DNA of 64,000 nt from an uncultured Verrucomicrobiae bacterium (GTDB taxonomy: Bacteria; Verrucomicrobiota; Verrucomicrobiia; Chthoniobacterales; Chthoniobacteraceae): contig CAVYKI010000009.1 in assembly GCA_963769025.1 (NCBI GenBank), positions 416,001 to 480,000 of the forward strand, given 5' to 3'. Position 1 is the stretch's first letter. Every line of letters begins with the position of its first letter. The translations under genes were made by a program, and so were the position numbers. Positions 60,177 through 64,000 of this stretch are shown here, piece after piece. Below the pieces are notes generated by a model. The model did no database searches and was not told the origin of the DNA. It saw only the letters and a list, made by a program, of their open reading frames with translations.

Positions 60177-61618
60177 TGTTTCCCAAGTCCCTCCGCTGGC
60201 GGATTCAGATTTGGCACGGCTTTCTGCTCGCTGCTGTGCTGACCGGTTTCGCCTTCGCGGCGTACCGCTATCAGGCGGCAAATGATGTGCGCCGGCTGGA
60301 CGGTGAATTGCGCCAGCGCGTCCGCGCGCTCGCCGACGGGTTGCCAGGCTCCCGCGGTCCCGGAGGTCCCGGAGGTCCGGGTGGGACCCAAGCCGGGCGC
60401 TGTTGGCGCGCCGGAGTTCAGGCTACCCGCATCGCGCGCGATGTTCGAGCCGGCGGATGTTTCAGGTTTTTACTACATCGTATGGCGGCGGGACGGCTCG
60501 GAATGGGCGCGTTCCCCCCGTGCGCCGAGGGATGTCGAGATGCCCACCTCTGCCTTGACGCATCCGGCGGTGCAGGCGGAGCGAACGAGGGGACTCCTGC
60601 GGGAAGTGTACACCTTTACCCCGCCGGGCGAGTGCCTGCTCGCCGGCCGATCGAGCGAGCGGGAGCAGGCCGCCCTGCGCGAGTATGCGCGCTGGCTCGC
60701 CGCGATATCCGGCGGCGTGCTGGTGTTTGGCCTGGCCGTCGGGTGGTGGATAGCCGCGCGCGCGATCCGCCCCTTCGGGGTCATCGCTGCGGCTGCACGA
60801 CGGATTGCGGCCGGGGAACTGGGCGAGCGCATTGCCTCGGGGAGACCGAAAGCGAACTCGGACGTCTTTCCACGACGCTGAATGAGACCTTCGCGCAGCT
60901 CGAGGAATCGTTCGCGCGCCAGTCGCGTTTCACCGCGAATGCCGCGCATGAGTTGCGCACGCCGGTTTCCATCATCCTCGCGCAAGCGCAGCGCGTGCTC
61001 ACCCGCGAGCGCGATGCGGCGACGTATCAGCAGACGCTGGAAACGTGCGTGAACGCAGCGCGACGCCTCCAGCAGCTCACCGAGTCGCTGCTCGAACTGA
61101 ACATGCACGACGCCGGTGCGGTCACTTTGAAGATGGAGGCATGCGACATTGCCGACATCGCGCGCGAAATCGCCGGACTCGTCCAGTCGCTCGCTCACGA
61201 TCGTGGGATATCCCTGGCTCTCGACCTGATGCCCGCGCCGTGCGTCGCTGATGCCAGCCGCATCGCGCAACTGATCCTGAATTTCCTGACGAACGCGCTC
61301 GATCACACGCCGGCCGGCGGGAGCATCACGGTCCGCAGCGGTGCCGAGTCCGCGCAAGCCATCGTCAGCGTGAGCGACAACGGTCCCGGCATCGCGGATG
61401 AGCATCTGCCGCGCATCTTCGACCGTTTCTACCGGACCGACGACTCCCGCAACCGCCGCACCGGCGGCGCCGGTCTCGGACTCGCAATCTGCAAGGCCAT
61501 CGCCGATGCGCACGGAGCGACGGTCGAGGTCACGAGCGTGCCGGGGAAGGGGAGCACGTTCACTCTTCGGATTCCGGCGCGGCAGCGCGAGGAAGCTGCG
61601 ACAGCGGCGCACGTGTGA
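60176..61618 (+). CDS. Sensor histidine kinase (HAMP-HisKA-HATPase); compensating frameshifts near 60385 and 60840
   Basis: AHELRTP, N box NFLTNA, DNGPGI, FDRFYR, GAGLGL. The second TM lies in the 60282-60881 frame. Confidence 0.9.
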   Translation: MFPKSLRWRIQIWHGFLLAAVLTGFAFAAYRYQAANDVRRLDGELRQRVRALADGLPGSRGPGGPGGPGGTQAGRCWRAGVQATRIARDVRAGGCFRFLLHRMAAGRLGMGAFPPCAEGCRDAHLCLDASGGAGGANEGTPAGSVHLYPAGRVPARRPIERAGAGRPARVCALARRDIRRRAGVWPGRRVVDSRARDPPLRGHRCGCTTDCGRGTGRAHCLGETESELGRLSTTLNETFAQLEESFARQSRFTANAAHELRTPVSIILAQAQRVLTRERDAATYQQTLETCVNAARRLQQLTESLLELNMHDAGAVTLKMEACDIADIAREIAGLVQSLAHDRGISLALDLMPAPCVADASRIAQLILNFLTNALDHTPAGGSITVRSGAESAQAIVSVSDNGPGIADEHLPRIFDRFYRTDDSRNRRTGGAGLGLAICKAIADAHGATVEVTSVPGKGSTFTLRIPARQREEAATAAHV

Positions 61619-61662
61619 ACATTGCGCTTGTGCGCGATCGAGGCGTGTGCGAAGCGGCGCGG

Positions 61663-62568
61663 ATGCGGCAACAGGAAGAAAATACCGGCTTTGTGCTCGT
61701 GACCGTCGCGTCCGGCGCGCGGAGCCTGCACTCGCTGGAACACGGCGAGACGTTTCATCCCGTCGTCGGTCCGATGGCCGAGGCCCATGGCCTTCACGTG
61801 GCGCAGTCGCGTCTTGCCGAGCGGGCGGGGAAGTGTGAGCGGCCCTTTGTGATTTGGGACATCGGCCTTGGCGCGGGCGCAAATGCAGTCGCGGTTCTGG
61901 AGGCGATGGCGGAAGTGGAATGCCCGGCGCGGGTGGAATTGCACAGTTTCGATTCCACGACGGAGCCGCTCGAATTCGCGCTGACTCACGCCCGTGAACT
62001 CGAATACCTGCTGCGGTGGCAGGAACCTGCCGGGCGCCTCATTCAAATGGGTCGCGCGTCCACGGGAAATGTGGACTGGCATTTTCACCGCGGCGACTTC
62101 CGTGAGTTCGTCCGCGCTCCGCGCACGGTGGAGGCGCCGGACGCAATTCTTTACGATCCGTATTCCCCGGAGGTGAACCCAGGCATGTGGACGCTGGAGC
62201 ATTTCACCCATCTGCGCGCGTGCCTGGACCCGGCGCGTCCCTGCACGCTCACGAGCTACAGCCGCTCGACGGCCGTGCGGGTGACGCTCGTGCTCGCGGG
62301 CTTTTTCACCGGGCGCGGCGGGGCGATTGGGGAAAAGGATCAGACGACCGTGGCCGCGACGCATCGCGAACTGCTCGCGCAGCCGCTCGATGCGCAATGG
62401 CTCGGTCGCGTGGAGCGCTCGACGCGCGGCGCACCTCGGCGGGAAGGCGTGGGTGGCGGTCCGATTTCGTCGGCGGATTTTGCCGTGCTCCGCGGGCGCG
62501 TTGGCGTAGCGGCACGCGCTGCCGATCCGAGGGCGATGGGAGCGTGCATTTCAAAAAATGGCCGCTAA
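61663..62568 (+). CDS. Stand-alone MnmC-type (mnm5s2U34) methyltransferase domain protein
   Basis: GETFHP..G..EA..H, DIGLGAGAN, YDPYSPEVNPGMWT, SYS...VR...AGF. Confidence 0.78.
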   Translation: MRQQEENTGFVLVTVASGARSLHSLEHGETFHPVVGPMAEAHGLHVAQSRLAERAGKCERPFVIWDIGLGAGANAVAVLEAMAEVECPARVELHSFDSTTEPLEFALTHARELEYLLRWQEPAGRLIQMGRASTGNVDWHFHRGDFREFVRAPRTVEAPDAILYDPYSPEVNPGMWTLEHFTHLRACLDPARPCTLTSYSRSTAVRVTLVLAGFFTGRGGAIGEKDQTTVAATHRELLAQPLDAQWLGRVERSTRGAPRREGVGGGPISSADFAVLRGRVGVAARAADPRAMGACISKNGR

Positions 62569-62613
62569 GGTTGGGATTCCCTCGGGACTTCTCCCCACAA
62601 CCCTTCCCACCCT

Positions 62614-64000
62614 ATGATCCGCATCCCTGGACAACCCGGCCGCGACCTCTGCGATTCCCACCTCGGCGTCACCCGGCGCGATCTCCTGCGCGTCGGCGGC
62701 AGCGCGCTGATGGGGCTCACGCTCGGCTCCCTCTTTTCCCTGCAAGCGCGTGCGCGCGCGGCAGGAAGCGCCCCGGGCTGGGGGAAGGCGAAGCATATCG
62801 TGATGGTGTATCTGCAGGGTGGCCCGTCGCATCTCGACCTGTGGGATCCGAAGGAAAATCTGCCGGACAAAATGCGCAGCCCGTTCAAGAGCATCCCGAC
62901 GCGGATTCCCGGGGTGCATTTTTCCGAGGTGCTGCCGGAACTGGCGAAACTGAACGACAAGTTTTCCATGATCCGGTCGATGAGTTACACGCCGAACGGG
63001 CTCTTCAACCATACGGCTGCGATTTACCAAATCATGACCGGCTACACGACGGACAAGGTTTCGCCGTCCGGCCAGCTGGAGCCGCCGAATGCGAAGGATT
63101 ATCCGAACTTTGGGAGCAACATCATCCGGCTGAAGCCGCCGACGGAGCCGGTGCTGCCGTTCGTGATGCTGCCGCGTCCGCTCCAGGAATCGAACGTGGT
63201 CGGCAAAGGAGGGACCGCGGGATTCCTTGGCAAGGCTTACGATCCGTACACGCTTTTCCCAGAGGGAGACGACCTTGATCTTTCGAAGATGAACCGCGTG
63301 AAGGTGGACGACTTGAAGCTGCGTCCCGACGTTTTTGCGACGCGACTGCAGCGCCGCGCACGGCTGCGCACGGCGATCGAGGATTCGATGCCGGACATCG
63401 AGAAGGCCGTCGCGAACTACCAGCTCGACGAATATTACGACAAGGCGCTGAACCTCATCAGCAACGGCAAGGCACGCGAGGCGTTTGAAATCGACCGAGA
63501 GGACGACAAGATGCGTGCGCGTTACGGGCTGAATACGTTTGGCCAGAGCCTGCTCCTCACGCGTCGGCTCATCGAGGCGGGGACACGAGTCGTCGAGGTG
63601 ATCTGGCCGAAGGTGGCGAACAGCGACAACCATTCGTGGGACATGCATGCGGGTCTCACGAACCGCATGAAGGATCAGGCCGCGCCGATGCTCGACAAGG
63701 GTTTCTCGGCCTTTCTGCAGGACATGGAGTCGCGCGGATTGCTCGAGGAAACGCTCGTTGTCGCGCTTGGGGAATTTGGCCGCAGCCCTGAAAAGGGCGT
63801 GAGCACGAGCGGCAACGTGAACAGCGCGGATGGACGCGATCACTGGCCGTATTGCTATTCCGCGATCGTCACAGGGGCGGGGATGAAGCGCGGGTATGTC
63901 CACGGGGAAAGTGACGCGACCGGCGCGAGCCCGAGGGAGAAGCCGGTGCATCCGACCGAGCTGCTCGCGAGCATCTACCACTCTGTCGGCATCGACCCCG
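62614..64000 (+). CDS. DUF1501 protein, running off the window end
   Basis: Tat-like [41 protein letters not shown]. Confidence 0.92.
   Translation, partial: MIRIPGQPGRDLCDSHLGVTRRDLLRVGGSALMGLTLGSLFSLQARARAAGSAPGWGKAKHIVMVYLQGGPSHLDLWDPKENLPDKMRSPFKSIPTRIPGVHFSEVLPELAKLNDKFSMIRSMSYTPNGLFNHTAAIYQIMTGYTTDKVSPSGQLEPPNAKDYPNFGSNIIRLKPPTEPVLPFVMLPRPLQESNVVGKGGTAGFLGKAYDPYTLFPEGDDLDLSKMNRVKVDDLKLRPDVFATRLQRRARLRTAIEDSMPDIEKAVANYQLDEYYDKALNLISNGKAREAFEIDREDDKMRARYGLNTFGQSLLLTRRLIEAGTRVVEVIWPKVANSDNHSWDMHAGLTNRMKDQAAPMLDKGFSAFLQDMESRGLLEETLVVALGEFGRSPEKGVSTSGNVNSADGRDHWPYCYSAIVTGAGMKRGYVHGESDATGASPREKPVHPTELLASIYHSVGIDP

Noticed and set aside
60350..60385. Short GGTCCCGGA tandem repeat
   Set aside because: Encodes a GPG linker in the kinase; too short to indicate phase variation.
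1..64000. CRISPR array, rRNA or prophage
   Set aside because: No regularly spaced repeats, rRNA-like sequence or phage structural genes were seen.

Overview
High-GC bacterial DNA with a gene set typical of the PVC superphylum, most like Verrucomicrobia (inference from DUF1549/DUF1553, DUF1501, DUF1080, DUF6797, ThuA-like and YHYH genes). The window opens with a complete ISL3-family element (23-bp perfect inverted repeats, visible part of an 8-bp target duplication) next to a ~2.7 kb lower-GC islet. About 50 genes follow, mostly for secreted or envelope proteins, plus one tRNA-Arg(CCT). Many genes between ~5.3 and ~25.8 kb and at ~60.4-60.9 kb carry small frameshifts that most likely are assembly errors. 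The most interesting locus is a chain of four genes joined by 4-bp overlaps at 30.5-35.7 kb. It encodes a secreted formylglycine-generating enzyme, a membrane-anchored paralogue lacking the catalytic cysteine pair, an STT3/AglB-like glycosyltransferase with WWDYG changed to WWMSP, and a flavin disulfide reductase. A bactofilin plus zinc-ribbon bactofilin pair follows. Family calls come from motif recognition by eye, not database searches. No CRISPR array or rRNA was seen.
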